A stretch of DNA of 64,000 bases, from positions 576,001 to 640,000 of the forward strand of contig NZ_JAQNDL010000004.1 of the NCBI RefSeq assembly GCF_028368995.1, given 5' to 3'. The notes beneath the pieces are model-generated. The model made no database searches. It was not told the origin of the DNA and worked only from the letters and a program-made list of their open reading frames with translations. Source of the stretch: Nannocystis bainbridge (lineage in GTDB: Bacteria; Myxococcota_A; Polyangia; Nannocystales; Nannocystaceae). The translations under genes and the position numbers were made by a program. Numbering within the stretch: the first letter of the stretch is position 1; each line of letters begins with the position of its first letter. Shown in pieces: positions 31,832-41,033 of the stretch.

Positions 31832-33574
31832 TCAGGGTCCGTCGGGCTGGGGGGTGACCTTGAGCTGGACGTGGACGATCGGGAGGGGGCCGGTCGACTG
31901 CCAGCGCTGGCCGTCGTGGCTGGTGTCGGGGCCGGGGACGATGTCGACGAGCTCGACGAGGTAGTCGTCGAGGGTAAAGGCCGCGGGGCTGTCCGGGCGC
32001 AGCGCGTGGGAGAAGCTGGCGTGTTCGCTGCTGACCGACAGGCTGGGGCTCGACTCGGTGAAGAGGTGGAGGGACAGCGGGATGGGGCCCCGCCCGGGGA
32101 AGCTGACGAGGGTGTGGCCGACGGCGCTGAGCCAGACGTGGACGGGGGCCTGCGGGGCGGGGAGCTTGTTCTCGTGGGGACAGGGGACGGTGGCGCGGCG
32201 GAGCGCGACGCGGTCGCTTCTCTTGTCGGGCTCGACGCGCACGAGCTCGTGGCCGAGCCGGACGAAGCCCGGCCTGCTGCGAGGGTCGGAGAAGCTGGCG
32301 CCGCCGAGAGCGCCGCCGAAGAGCTGCAGCAGCGGAATTTGGGTGGCTTCCTTGCGGTAGGGGCCGCCGCCGTGGGCGGGGATCTCGAGCTGGATGTATT
32401 TGAAGGTGATCGGGCCGAGAGCGAGCTCGTGGCCGATGCCGAGGGTTTGCGGGCGCTGCAGCGCGGGGAGCTTGGCGAGGGCGGCGGGGACGGCGGTGCG
32501 CACGGGGGCCAGGCCGCAGGGGTCGGTGGCGGGGACGGGCGCGGGCGGGGATGTGGGGACGGCGGGGTCGATGCGCAGGCGGACGTGCAGGCGCGCGTCG
32601 CTTTCGGTCTTCCAGGCGGCGCCGTCGTGGCGGGTGCCGGGGCCGGGGACGACGCGGTCGAGATAGATGAAGTGGGCGCCGACGCGGAGGCGCGGGGCGA
32701 GGCCGGGGCGCGGCTCGAGCCAGTGGCGGTAGCCGAGGCTGGAGATGTCGAGGCGGGGCTGGTCGCCGCGGGCGTCGAGGCTGAACTGCAGGAACTCGCC
32801 CTGGAGGTCGTAGGTGTACGTGCGGATGGCCTCGGTGCTGAGCCACAGCGAGCGTGAGGCGGTCGCGGGCGGCATGACGGCGGCGGCGGGACAGACCTCG
32901 CGGGTGACGGTGACTTCGACGCGGGCGGGCGGATCGCCGGGGCCGGTGCGGAGGTCGAAGCGGTAAGGGCCGACGAAGGTGTGATGTTGCTGGTCGGGGT
33001 GCAGGTCCACGTGCGCGCCCCACGGGTCGTGCGGGCCGACCTCGGCGCGATCGATCTCGAGGGTCAGCGCGGGGCCGCGGTGGCCGGCCTTGCGGGTGCC
33101 GATCCAGGCGTCGGGGTCGTAGTGGAGCTTGGCCTTGCCGATGGTGCGCCGGTCGTCGGGGCGCAGGGTGCCCGAGCCGATGGGCACGCGACCGCGGGCG
33201 AGCTGCGGGGGCAGCTCGGTGGGCCGTTCGCCGGCTTCGCCGCAGCGGCGATCGGGCGGGATGACGGGGAGCGTGGGCGGAGCCGCGGGGACGCTCGAAG
33301 GGTGTGCTGGGCTCGACGCGGCGGGGTCGGGGACGCTCGTGGAGGCCGGGAGGTTGGTGGTCTCGGGAGCGGGGTCGACGGTGGGCGGGAGCGAGGAGGT
33401 TGATTCGGGGGTCGCTGTCGGGTCGCTGGCGGGCGTAGGACCGCTATCCGGCGAGGCGCCGGCGGGGACGGAGCCCTGCAGGTCGGAGGCGTGCTCGAGC
33501 GCGGCGGCTTCGCGTCGATCGCAGGCGCCCAGGAGCGCGAGGCCGAGGATGAGGTGACGGGGAGTCATGTTCAT
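31832..33574 (-). CDS. Hypothetical lipoprotein with an internally duplicated beta-rich module
   Basis: Lipobox LALLGAC, Pro/Ser/Thr linker, two copies of WLS...VPGPxTxHDGxxW...HVxLxI/VxP. Confidence 0.7.
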   Translation of the reverse strand: MNMTPRHLILGLALLGACDRREAAALEHASDLQGSVPAGASPDSGPTPASDPTATPESTSSLPPTVDPAPETTNLPASTSVPDPAASSPAHPSSVPAAPPTLPVIPPDRRCGEAGERPTELPPQLARGRVPIGSGTLRPDDRRTIGKAKLHYDPDAWIGTRKAGHRGPALTLEIDRAEVGPHDPWGAHVDLHPDQQHHTFVGPYRFDLRTGPGDPPARVEVTVTREVCPAAAVMPPATASRSLWLSTEAIRTYTYDLQGEFLQFSLDARGDQPRLDISSLGYRHWLEPRPGLAPRLRVGAHFIYLDRVVPGPGTRHDGAAWKTESDARLHVRLRIDPAVPTSPPAPVPATDPCGLAPVRTAVPAALAKLPALQRPQTLGIGHELALGPITFKYIQLEIPAHGGGPYRKEATQIPLLQLFGGALGGASFSDPRSRPGFVRLGHELVRVEPDKRSDRVALRRATVPCPHENKLPAPQAPVHVWLSAVGHTLVSFPGRGPIPLSLHLFTESSPSLSVSSEHASFSHALRPDSPAAFTLDDYLVELVDIVPGPDTSHDGQRWQSTGPLPIVHVQLKVTPQPDGP

Positions 33575-33590
33575 GTCGGCAGAGGGGCCC

Positions 33591-33725
33591 GGGAGCGTGG
33601 CGAGGCCGCGAGGACGTGGGGTCGGCGGCGTGTCGAGGTAGCGAGGGCGGGCGCGCGAGAGAGTGAAAGGGCGAGTTCCGGGAGCGTGACGGTCCGGGAG
33701 CGTGACGAGGCCACGAGGACGTGGG
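33591..33725. repeat. 30-bp imperfect direct repeat
   Basis: GGGAGCGTGRCGAGGCCRCGAGGACGTGGG at 33591 and 33696. Confidence 0.7.
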
Positions 33726-33801
33726 ATGGCCTCAGGGACATGCGCTTTCGAACATGTCTTCATGGACATGCATTTTGGGGCCTGCTCTTTAGAACAGGCG
33801 C
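33722..33801. repeat. 14-bp tile array (6 cores)
   Basis: Cores at 33722, 33736, 33750, 33764, 33778, 33792. Confidence 0.85.
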
Positions 33802-33827
33802 TTTGGCGCATGGTCGATCGGCCAGGC

Positions 33828-35105
33828 TCAGGGCGCGGCGGGGTTGAGCAGGATGGTGACGGCGCCGGCGTCGAAGGTGGCGACGGCGAGGTCGAGGGCG
33901 GGGTTCGGGTCGAGCTGGGCGGCGTGGACGCGGACGGCGCCGGAGGGCAGCGGGATGGCCTGGGCGGGCGCGAAGCCGCCGTCGCCGTGGCCGGACCACC
34001 ACAGCAAGATCGGGCTGAGGGCGTCGACGGCGACGATGTCGAGGTGGCCGTCGCCGTCGAGGTCGTCGAGGTCGAGGGCGTGCGGCTTGAAGGGCGGGTC
34101 GATGGCGACCGAGCTGGCGTGGCTGAAGCCGCCGGCGCCGTCACCTGTCGCAAGGGACAGGCGTGCGGGGAATTGCTCGGCGGCGAGGATGTCGAGGTGG
34201 CCGTCCTCGTCGAGGTCGCCGAGGGCGGCGCCCCACGGGCGCAGGTGGGCGACCTGGGCCACGGGCTCGACGAACTGGCCGTCGGGGCGGCCGAGCACGC
34301 GCAGGAAGCCGCGCGGGGCGTCGACCTCGAACAGGAGGGCGTCGGGGACGCCGTCGCCGTCGAGCTGGCCGACGAGGAGACCGCCGGGGGCGAAGTCGGC
34401 GACAGCGCCGAGCACGGTGGTGGTGGTGGTCCAGGCGGCGGCGTCGCTGCCCCGGTGGACAGTGAGGCCGAACTTGTGGGCGCCGCGGCTGAGGGCGACG
34501 ACGTCGTTGCGGCCGTCGGCGTCGAGGTCGGCGACGACGTGGTTGCGCGGCGTGGGCGGGCTGGTCAGCGTCTTGTAGGCGGCGAACGCTGCCACCTGCC
34601 AGCGGAAGATCCGGGCGGCGTCGTCCGGCTGGGCGACCATGACATCGACGCCGGCGTGGCCGTCGAGCTGGCCGATCGCCGGGTAGGCGCTGGCGCCCTG
34701 CAGGGTGGGCGCGATGTCGGTGACGAAGCTGCCGTCGCCGCGGCCGCGCGCGACCCAGCCGGAGATCAGGGCGTCGTCGTCGAGGCCCATGACGAGCAGG
34801 TCGGTGTGGCCGTCGCCGTCGAAGTCGGCGACCTCGAGCGAGTAGGGCTCGATCGCGGGGATGAGGTCGCCGCCGCCGCTCTCGTTCGGGTCGCCGCCGG
34901 TGGACGGATCGGTGGTGGTGGGCTCGGTGGGGGACGGATCGGCGGTGGTGAGGCCGCCGGTGACTTCGCCGCCGGGGCCGCCGCCGCTGACGCCTTCGGT
35001 CGCGCTGCCGTGGCTGTCGCCGTGGCTGTCGCCGTCGGTCTCGCCGAGGGGACGCTCGGTGCAGGCGACGAGCAGCGCCAGCGCGGACGCCAGGTGAGCC
35101 CTCAT
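33828..35105 (-). CDS. FG-GAP/VCBS repeat lipoprotein
   Basis: Lipobox ALLVAC; repeated DxDGDGxxD loops (DFDGDGHTD, DLDADGRND, DLDEDGHLD, DLDGDGHLD). Confidence 0.85.
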   Translation of the reverse strand: MRAHLASALALLVACTERPLGETDGDSHGDSHGSATEGVSGGGPGGEVTGGLTTADPSPTEPTTTDPSTGGDPNESGGGDLIPAIEPYSLEVADFDGDGHTDLLVMGLDDDALISGWVARGRGDGSFVTDIAPTLQGASAYPAIGQLDGHAGVDVMVAQPDDAARIFRWQVAAFAAYKTLTSPPTPRNHVVADLDADGRNDVVALSRGAHKFGLTVHRGSDAAAWTTTTTVLGAVADFAPGGLLVGQLDGDGVPDALLFEVDAPRGFLRVLGRPDGQFVEPVAQVAHLRPWGAALGDLDEDGHLDILAAEQFPARLSLATGDGAGGFSHASSVAIDPPFKPHALDLDDLDGDGHLDIVAVDALSPILLWWSGHGDGGFAPAQAIPLPSGAVRVHAAQLDPNPALDLAVATFDAGAVTILLNPAAP

Positions 35106-35255
35106 GGGCCCACGCTGCCACGGGCACGCGGTCGCGGCAAGCGCTGGGCCCCGGGCCCGGGGGCGTGATCGCGCGGACGCCGCGGGCCGGGCTTGCGCGC
35201 GGCCGGGCGGCGGGTTAGCAGTGGGCGAGGCCGCCCGTCGGCTGCTCGATCGGAC

Positions 35256-36221
35256 ATGAACGAAACGCCAGGTAGAGAGGGCGCGGGGGGCGGCATCCTG
35301 GGGCACGTGGGCGGCACGCCGCTGGTGCCGCTGCGCCGCCTGGGGGCCGGGCTGGCGGCGCCGGTGCTGGTGAAGTGCGAGCACCTGAACCCGGGCGGCA
35401 GCGTGAAGGACCGCATCGCGGTGGCGATCGCGGACGACGCGGAGGCGCGCGGGCGGCTGCGACCGGGGATGACGATCGTCGAGGCGACGGCGGGCAACAC
35501 GGGGGTGGGGCTGGCGTTGGTGGCGGCGGCCCGCGGGTACCGGCTGGTGTGCGTGCTGCCGGAGAAGATGTCGGCCGACAAGCGGGCGGCCCTGGCGACG
35601 CTGGGGGCAGAGGTCATCGTGACGCCGAACGCGGCGCCGTCACACCCGGACAACTTCCGCCGGGTGGCCGAACGGCTGGCGCGCGAGCGCGGGTGGTTCC
35701 TCGCCGATCAGTTCAACAACCCGGCCAACGTCGAGGTCCACGCGCGCACGACGGCGGCGGAGATCCTGGCGCAGACGGGCGGGGTCGTGGGGGCGTTCGT
35801 GGCCGGGGCGGGCACGGGCGGGACGATCACGGGGGTGGGCCGGGTGCTCAAACGGGCATGTCCGAAAGTGCAGGTGGTGCTTGCGGACCCGATCGGCTCG
35901 GGGCTGGCGCAGTGGGTGGAGACGGGCGCGATCGGGCCCGACGGGGCGTACGCGGTCGAGGGCATCGGCGCGAGCGAGCCGCCAGGGAACCTCGATCGGG
36001 CGGTGATCGACGCGGCCGAGCGGGTGAGCGACGCGGAGAGCTTCGCCACGGCGCGGCGGCTGATCGCGGAGGAGGGGCTGCTGGTCGGCGGGTCGGCGGG
36101 CACGAACGTGGCTGCCGCCCTGCGCGTGGCGGCCCGCGGCGGGCTGGCAGGGCCGGTGGTGACGGTGCTGCCCGACGCGTGGGACCGCTACCGCAGCAAG
36201 CCGTGGCTGCAGGGCGGGTGA
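35256..36221 (+). CDS. PLP-dependent cysteine synthase family protein
   Basis: KCEHLNPGGSVKDR, EATAGNTG, DQFNNPAN, GAGTGGT, EGLLVGGSAG. Confidence 0.92.
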   Translation: MNETPGREGAGGGILGHVGGTPLVPLRRLGAGLAAPVLVKCEHLNPGGSVKDRIAVAIADDAEARGRLRPGMTIVEATAGNTGVGLALVAAARGYRLVCVLPEKMSADKRAALATLGAEVIVTPNAAPSHPDNFRRVAERLARERGWFLADQFNNPANVEVHARTTAAEILAQTGGVVGAFVAGAGTGGTITGVGRVLKRACPKVQVVLADPIGSGLAQWVETGAIGPDGAYAVEGIGASEPPGNLDRAVIDAAERVSDAESFATARRLIAEEGLLVGGSAGTNVAAALRVAARGGLAGPVVTVLPDAWDRYRSKPWLQGG

Positions 36222-36226
36222 AGCGA

Positions 36227-36260
36227 TAAGATGACCCGGAGGACATGTCCTCGGGGTCAG
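36227..36260. repeat. 14-bp tile array filling a short convergent intergenic gap
   Basis: ATGACC-cgga-GGACATGTCC-tcgg-GGTCA. Confidence 0.88.
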
Positions 36261-36940
36261 TCGTCGTAGACGAACGGGATGTCGAGCCCGCCGATGCGCT
36301 CGCCGGTGGTGGGGTCGAAGAGCTCGGCGACGAGGTCGACGTGGCGCACGTCGGCGAGCTCCTCGAAGTAGAGGAAGCCGGTGATCCGCCCGCCGGGGCT
36401 GAGCACGCCCTCGGGCAAGGCGCGCTGAAGCAGCTCGCTGTCGGGCAGCGGGGCGTGCTGGCAGGCGGTGTAACAGTCGCCGTAGTAGTCGGGGCGGAAC
36501 GGGAAGCTGCCGCCCCACACGGACAGCGCGGGGTACCACGGCGAGAGGTAGGGGGCGAGGCCGAAGCCCATCGGCGGATAGACGAGGTCGACCGGCGCAT
36601 AGGCGACGCCGGGCACGATGACGGGCGGCAAGGCGGCGAAGCGGACCCCGGCGCGGGTGACGAGGGCGAAGTGCTCGTAGCGCAGCTCGACCGGCCGCCG
36701 ACCGCGGTTGGTGATGGTGACGAGCAGCGGGGTGACGAGCTCGCCGAGCTCGGCCGGGTAGCCGCGCCAGGCGTCGGCGATGGCGATGAGCTCGACGCCG
36801 GCGTCCTCGTCGAAGGCCGAACCGGCGAGGCCGGGGACGCGCCGCGACTCGGGGGCAGGCTCGAGGGTGCCGGCGCAGGCGAGCAGCGCGGCGCCAGCGA
36901 AGGACAGTCGACGGACGATCGCAGCGAGGTGTGGCGGCAT
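36257..36940 (-). CDS. Hypothetical myxobacterial lipoprotein
   Basis: Lipobox AALLAC; LRYEHFAL; ALPEGVLSPGGRITGFLYF. Confidence 0.7.
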   Translation of the reverse strand: MPPHLAAIVRRLSFAGAALLACAGTLEPAPESRRVPGLAGSAFDEDAGVELIAIADAWRGYPAELGELVTPLLVTITNRGRRPVELRYEHFALVTRAGVRFAALPPVIVPGVAYAPVDLVYPPMGFGLAPYLSPWYPALSVWGGSFPFRPDYYGDCYTACQHAPLPDSELLQRALPEGVLSPGGRITGFLYFEELADVRHVDLVAELFDPTTGERIGGLDIPFVYDD

Positions 36941-37212
36941 GAGAGTCGTGCTCGCCGCAATCGTTGAGCCGATCGTCGCCGCGGCCACGCGGCGCGCGAG
37001 GCCCCGGCGGACGCAGGCGGCACGACTTCGCAAGCAGCGAGGGCAAGGGCCGCGGCGCGAGCGCGAGGGACGAATTCGGCACGGGCCGCGTCCGCGCGGC
37101 GGTGGAGGTGCGGGGCCGGCGATCGATCGCCGCGGGGCGCGGGCGCCCTCCGGACCGCTTGCTCGCCCCCGCGCCGGTGCTATCAGGCCAGGTTGCGAAA
37201 GGTCAGGCTCCG

Positions 37213-37593
37213 ATGACGACGACGACCAAGCAGCTGCCGGTGCACGAGTGGAAGACGTACTTCGACGCGTTCTCGCGCGAGCACCTGAGGCCCGCGGCGG
37301 CCGGGCTCGTGACGATCCAGATGATGTCGCCGCGGATCGGCGATCAGGTGTTCGCCGCGAACGCGCGCCTGCTCGGCATCACCTACGATCCGCACGGGAA
37401 GTTGATCGAGGTGCAGCTCGAGGGGTCCGACCACCTGGTGTTCCGACCCGCGGAGGTCTGGGTGCTCGAGGGCGATCGGGACGATGTGATCGCAACGTTC
37501 GAGCTGGTCCACAGCGACGGGGCCAAGGAGATCTTGCGAGTGCAAGGAGGCGGGCCGATCGCGCAGGTGCGGGCGGCGGGAGGATCGCGGTGA
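37213..37593 (+). CDS. DUF5335-like protein
   Basis: EWKTYFDAFSR, GDQV, LLGITYDP, DHLV motifs. Confidence 0.75.
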   Translation: MTTTTKQLPVHEWKTYFDAFSREHLRPAAAGLVTIQMMSPRIGDQVFAANARLLGITYDPHGKLIEVQLEGSDHLVFRPAEVWVLEGDRDDVIATFELVHSDGAKEILRVQGGGPIAQVRAAGGSR

Positions 37594-38354
37594 CGCCGGA
37601 GACGACGCGCCGGATGGCCGGGGGGGCGCTGGCGGTGTCGGCGTTCAGCGTGGCGCTGGCCCTGTTCGCGTACTGGCGCACGGGCGGCTCGCAGGACGCC
37701 GAGCGGGCGCACGCGGTGCTGCGGGCCGACATCGATTCGCTGCGCGAGAAGCAGACGGAGGCGGTGGCGTACACCCGAGCCTCGCTCGACGCGGCGTACC
37801 AGACCAGCCACGACCGCTTGACGCGGCTGCGCGAGCTGCTGCGGACGGAGAAGGATCGCGCAGAGGCGGACGCGCGGGCGCAGCTGGAGCGGGCGGAGGC
37901 CGATGCGCACGCGCTGGTGACGATGGTCGAGGCTGAGGCACGGATGGCCCGCGATGCTTCGATCGGCACGGCGGAGCAGGCGGAGCGGGCGCTGTCGTCC
38001 CGGGTGCGGGCGCTCGAGAGCCGGGTGGCGCTGCTGCGCGCGAAGCAGGAGGTGCGGCGGGCGGCCACGCTGGCGGACAACGGAAAAGTCGAGGCGGCGG
38101 CGGGGATGCTGGTGGCCGTGGCGGACCGGCTCGACGAGGCGCAAGCGCGAATGCCCCGCGAGCACGAGGTGGCGCTGTCGTCGGTGCGGGCGGCGCTGCA
38201 GGCGGCGCTGACTTCGGTGCAGGCGCAGGCGAGCGAGCGCGGCGAGCGGATCGAGGCGCTGCTGAGCCGGACGGACGCGCTGGTGCGCTCGCTCGAGGAG
38301 AGCGAGGACACAGCGGCGGGCCGGGCGGGCACGCCGGGGCGCAAGGCGTCCTGA
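37590..38354 (+). CDS. Membrane-anchored coiled-coil protein
   Basis: GTG overlaps the upstream stop (GTGA); N-terminal TM helix followed by Ala/Glu/Arg-rich helix. Confidence 0.65.
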   Translation: MTPETTRRMAGGALAVSAFSVALALFAYWRTGGSQDAERAHAVLRADIDSLREKQTEAVAYTRASLDAAYQTSHDRLTRLRELLRTEKDRAEADARAQLERAEADAHALVTMVEAEARMARDASIGTAEQAERALSSRVRALESRVALLRAKQEVRRAATLADNGKVEAAAGMLVAVADRLDEAQARMPREHEVALSSVRAALQAALTSVQAQASERGERIEALLSRTDALVRSLEESEDTAAGRAGTPGRKAS

Positions 38355-38571
38355 CAGCTGTGGCGGAAGATCGCCCGCCGAGGACGGGCGACCGCTGGCA
38401 CGCCTCGTCGAGGCGCGCGTGATGTCCTCGAGGACAGGTAGTGTCGCGTGCGGGGAGCCTCACCCGCGGGCCAGGCTCGCATGTGCTCGAGGCCAGGTCG
38501 CGGGGCGGGCGGTCTGGCGCGTCACGCGTCCCCGAGGGGACGCGTAGGTCCTCGGAGACTGGGCGGGCGCA

Positions 38572-39468
38572 TCACTGGAAGCGCACGAACAGGCCGAAGC
38601 GCCACACGAAGCCGCGCGGGGCGAGGTCGCCGAAGTCGCTGCCGTGGGTGGCGATCGGGTCGTCGTCGGTCTGCACGTCGGGGCGGACGCGGAGCTTGCT
38701 GCGGAAGGTGTAGCCGGCCGACAGCTCGAAGCCGGCGGTGACCCGCGAGGCGCCGCGCCGGGGCAGCCATTGCTTCGGCAGGTAGAGGGCGGCGCCGGCC
38801 TGGGCGTCGGCCATGGCGAGCACGGAGCGCTGGTACGAGCCGGTGTAGGTGCTGCCCCACGAGCTCATGCCGACGGCGGCGAAGCTGGGGCCGCCGCCGA
38901 CGTGGGCGAACACGTCGAAGCCCTCGCGCACGACGAAGGCGAGGCGGAGGAAGGCCAGCGGCTCGCGCACGGTGATGTCGGTGGCGAGCGAGCTGTAGAG
39001 GTCGCTGTAGCTGCCGAAGCGGCGGAAGCTGGCGCCGCCGCCGAGGAACAGGCGGCCGTCGGCGAGGCGAAAGTCGCCGCGGATGGTGGCGCCGGCATGA
39101 AAGGCGCTGCGATCGCCGGAGTCGAAGGCGCGCCAGGCCGGGTCGCGGATGACGGTGGTGCCGATGTCGCCGCCGACGTCGAGGCGCCAGCGGATCGGGC
39201 GATCGGGCCGGGACGGCGGGCGCGTCGGCGGCGGAGGCGGCGGGCTCACGTCGGAGGGCGGCGGCGGCGGGCCGGCGACCGGCGGCGGGGCGGCCTGCGT
39301 GGGCGCGGCGACGGGCACCGGCATGGGCATCGGCGTGGGCGAGGGCGCGGGCGAAGCCGGGGCGGGCGCCCACGCCTCGACGGCGGTGGGCGCGTCGGCC
39401 GGGGCGGCGCTGCGATCGGTGGCGGCAGGGGCGAGGGCGAGGACGAGGAAGAAGCTAAGCGAGGCCAT
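38572..39468 (-). CDS. Predicted outer-membrane beta-barrel protein
   Basis: Signal peptide, Pro-rich linker, alternating amphipathic strands, C-terminal WRFGLFVRFQ. Confidence 0.7.
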   Translation of the reverse strand: MASLSFFLVLALAPAATDRSAAPADAPTAVEAWAPAPASPAPSPTPMPMPVPVAAPTQAAPPPVAGPPPPPSDVSPPPPPPTRPPSRPDRPIRWRLDVGGDIGTTVIRDPAWRAFDSGDRSAFHAGATIRGDFRLADGRLFLGGGASFRRFGSYSDLYSSLATDITVREPLAFLRLAFVVREGFDVFAHVGGGPSFAAVGMSSWGSTYTGSYQRSVLAMADAQAGAALYLPKQWLPRRGASRVTAGFELSAGYTFRSKLRVRPDVQTDDDPIATHGSDFGDLAPRGFVWRFGLFVRFQ

Positions 39469-39471
39469 GAC

Positions 39472-41031
39472 TCACTCCTGATCGAGCACGCCCTGCAGCA
39501 GGAAGCCCCAGTGCACGTGGCTGGTGGATCGCGACGGGTCGGCCGGATCGACGATGGTGAGGTGACCGGCGGGGTCGTCGTGGGTGACGACGATCCGGTC
39601 GGGGCCGGGGAGGTAATGGAAGGCGCCGATGAGGTCGTCGAGCAGCATCGACTCGGGGTTCAAGGTCTGGAGGTCGACGGTGCTGACCCACTCCTGGCCG
39701 GCGGTGCCGAGCAGCAGGCGATCGCCGACGAGGGCGCTGCCGCGAGGGTCGTAGCGGACCTGCGAGGTCAACGGGGTGACCTGTTCTTCGGGGAAGGCGA
39801 CGACGTAGAGCTTGTTGCCGCTGCCGATGAGGACGCGGTCGTTGTCGAGGACGACCAGTTGGTCGATGCCGGTCTCGATCTTGAGGTGCTTGGGCTTGCG
39901 GCCGAGGCTGTCCTCGATGCCGCCGAGATCGAGGGTGCCGATCTGGGTGCCGCCGCGGGCCCACACGACGGCCTGCTTGCGCAGCTCGCCGCCGGACTCG
40001 ATGTCGCGCAGGAACACGTTCTGGGCGGCGCTGCCGAGCGGGACGGCGAAGCCGCCCTGGGTGCGGATGTCGGTGAAGACCAGCGCGGCGGCGGCAGGAT
40101 CGACGGTGATGAGATAGGGGACGCTGGCGCTGTCGTAGAAGAGGAAGTCGCTGCTGGCCTGGCCGACCGGGATGAGGCTGATCTGGGCGGTGAAGCCGGT
40201 GCCGTCGCTCTCGGCGACGAGGGTGAGCATGCCGACCTCGCTGCCGCCGGCGGGCAGCACGAACAGGGCCGGGTCGCCGAACAGGTCGTTGCCGGGCCGC
40301 AGGAGGGTGGTCTTGGGCGAGAAGCCGATGTCGCTGCCGAGCGGGATGGCGACCTGGTCGAGCGCGGGGTCGTCCATGTCCATCAACACGACCTCGCTGT
40401 CGGCGAGGAAGGCGGCGATGTCGTGGGCGACGCCGCCGATGACGATCGGGGTCGGCTCGCCCTCGACGATCTGGCCGGGGAACTCGACGGTCTTGAGGGT
40501 GCCGCCGAAGCCGTTGAGGGTGACGTTCTCGACGGCCTTGCCGCCGAGGTCGACGATGGCGATCTGGTTGGCGTTGTGGAGCTGCTCGGAGCTGCCGTCG
40601 CGGCCGAAGAAGAGGATGGCGCGCCGATGATCGGGGCTGAGCGCGAGCGAGGTGAAGGGGGCGCGCACGTCGTAGACGACGGGCTCGCCGTCGCCGTCGC
40701 CGGCGAAGCGGTAGAGCTGCTCGTCGATGTCCTCCTCCTTGGCGCTGGCGGGGATGGTGAGCGCGAGCACGGACTCTTGATCGCGGGTGGCGGCGCTCCA
40801 GGCGACGACGGTGTGCTCGTCGCCGATGGCGGCCCGCCGGGTGGTGACGGTCTCGCCCTTGGGCATGACGAACACGACCTCGTCGCGCGCGGGGTCGACC
40901 CATACGAGGCTGTCACGGGTGGTGACGGGCGGGAGCAGGTCGAAGCCGCCGGCGTAAGGGTTGGGCGGGGCGCAGGCGCCGGCGAGCAGCGCGAGGCCGA
41001 GGACGGGAAATAAGCGAAGCGGTGGTTGCAT
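39472..41031 (-). CDS. Lipoprotein, predicted beta-propeller
   Basis: Lipobox LLAGAC; LALSPD and HNANQIAIVDL motifs; closely spaced with neighbours. Confidence 0.75.
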   Translation of the reverse strand: MQPPLRLFPVLGLALLAGACAPPNPYAGGFDLLPPVTTRDSLVWVDPARDEVVFVMPKGETVTTRRAAIGDEHTVVAWSAATRDQESVLALTIPASAKEEDIDEQLYRFAGDGDGEPVVYDVRAPFTSLALSPDHRRAILFFGRDGSSEQLHNANQIAIVDLGGKAVENVTLNGFGGTLKTVEFPGQIVEGEPTPIVIGGVAHDIAAFLADSEVVLMDMDDPALDQVAIPLGSDIGFSPKTTLLRPGNDLFGDPALFVLPAGGSEVGMLTLVAESDGTGFTAQISLIPVGQASSDFLFYDSASVPYLITVDPAAAALVFTDIRTQGGFAVPLGSAAQNVFLRDIESGGELRKQAVVWARGGTQIGTLDLGGIEDSLGRKPKHLKIETGIDQLVVLDNDRVLIGSGNKLYVVAFPEEQVTPLTSQVRYDPRGSALVGDRLLLGTAGQEWVSTVDLQTLNPESMLLDDLIGAFHYLPGPDRIVVTHDDPAGHLTIVDPADPSRSTSHVHWGFLLQGVLDQE

Positions 41032-41033
41032 GG

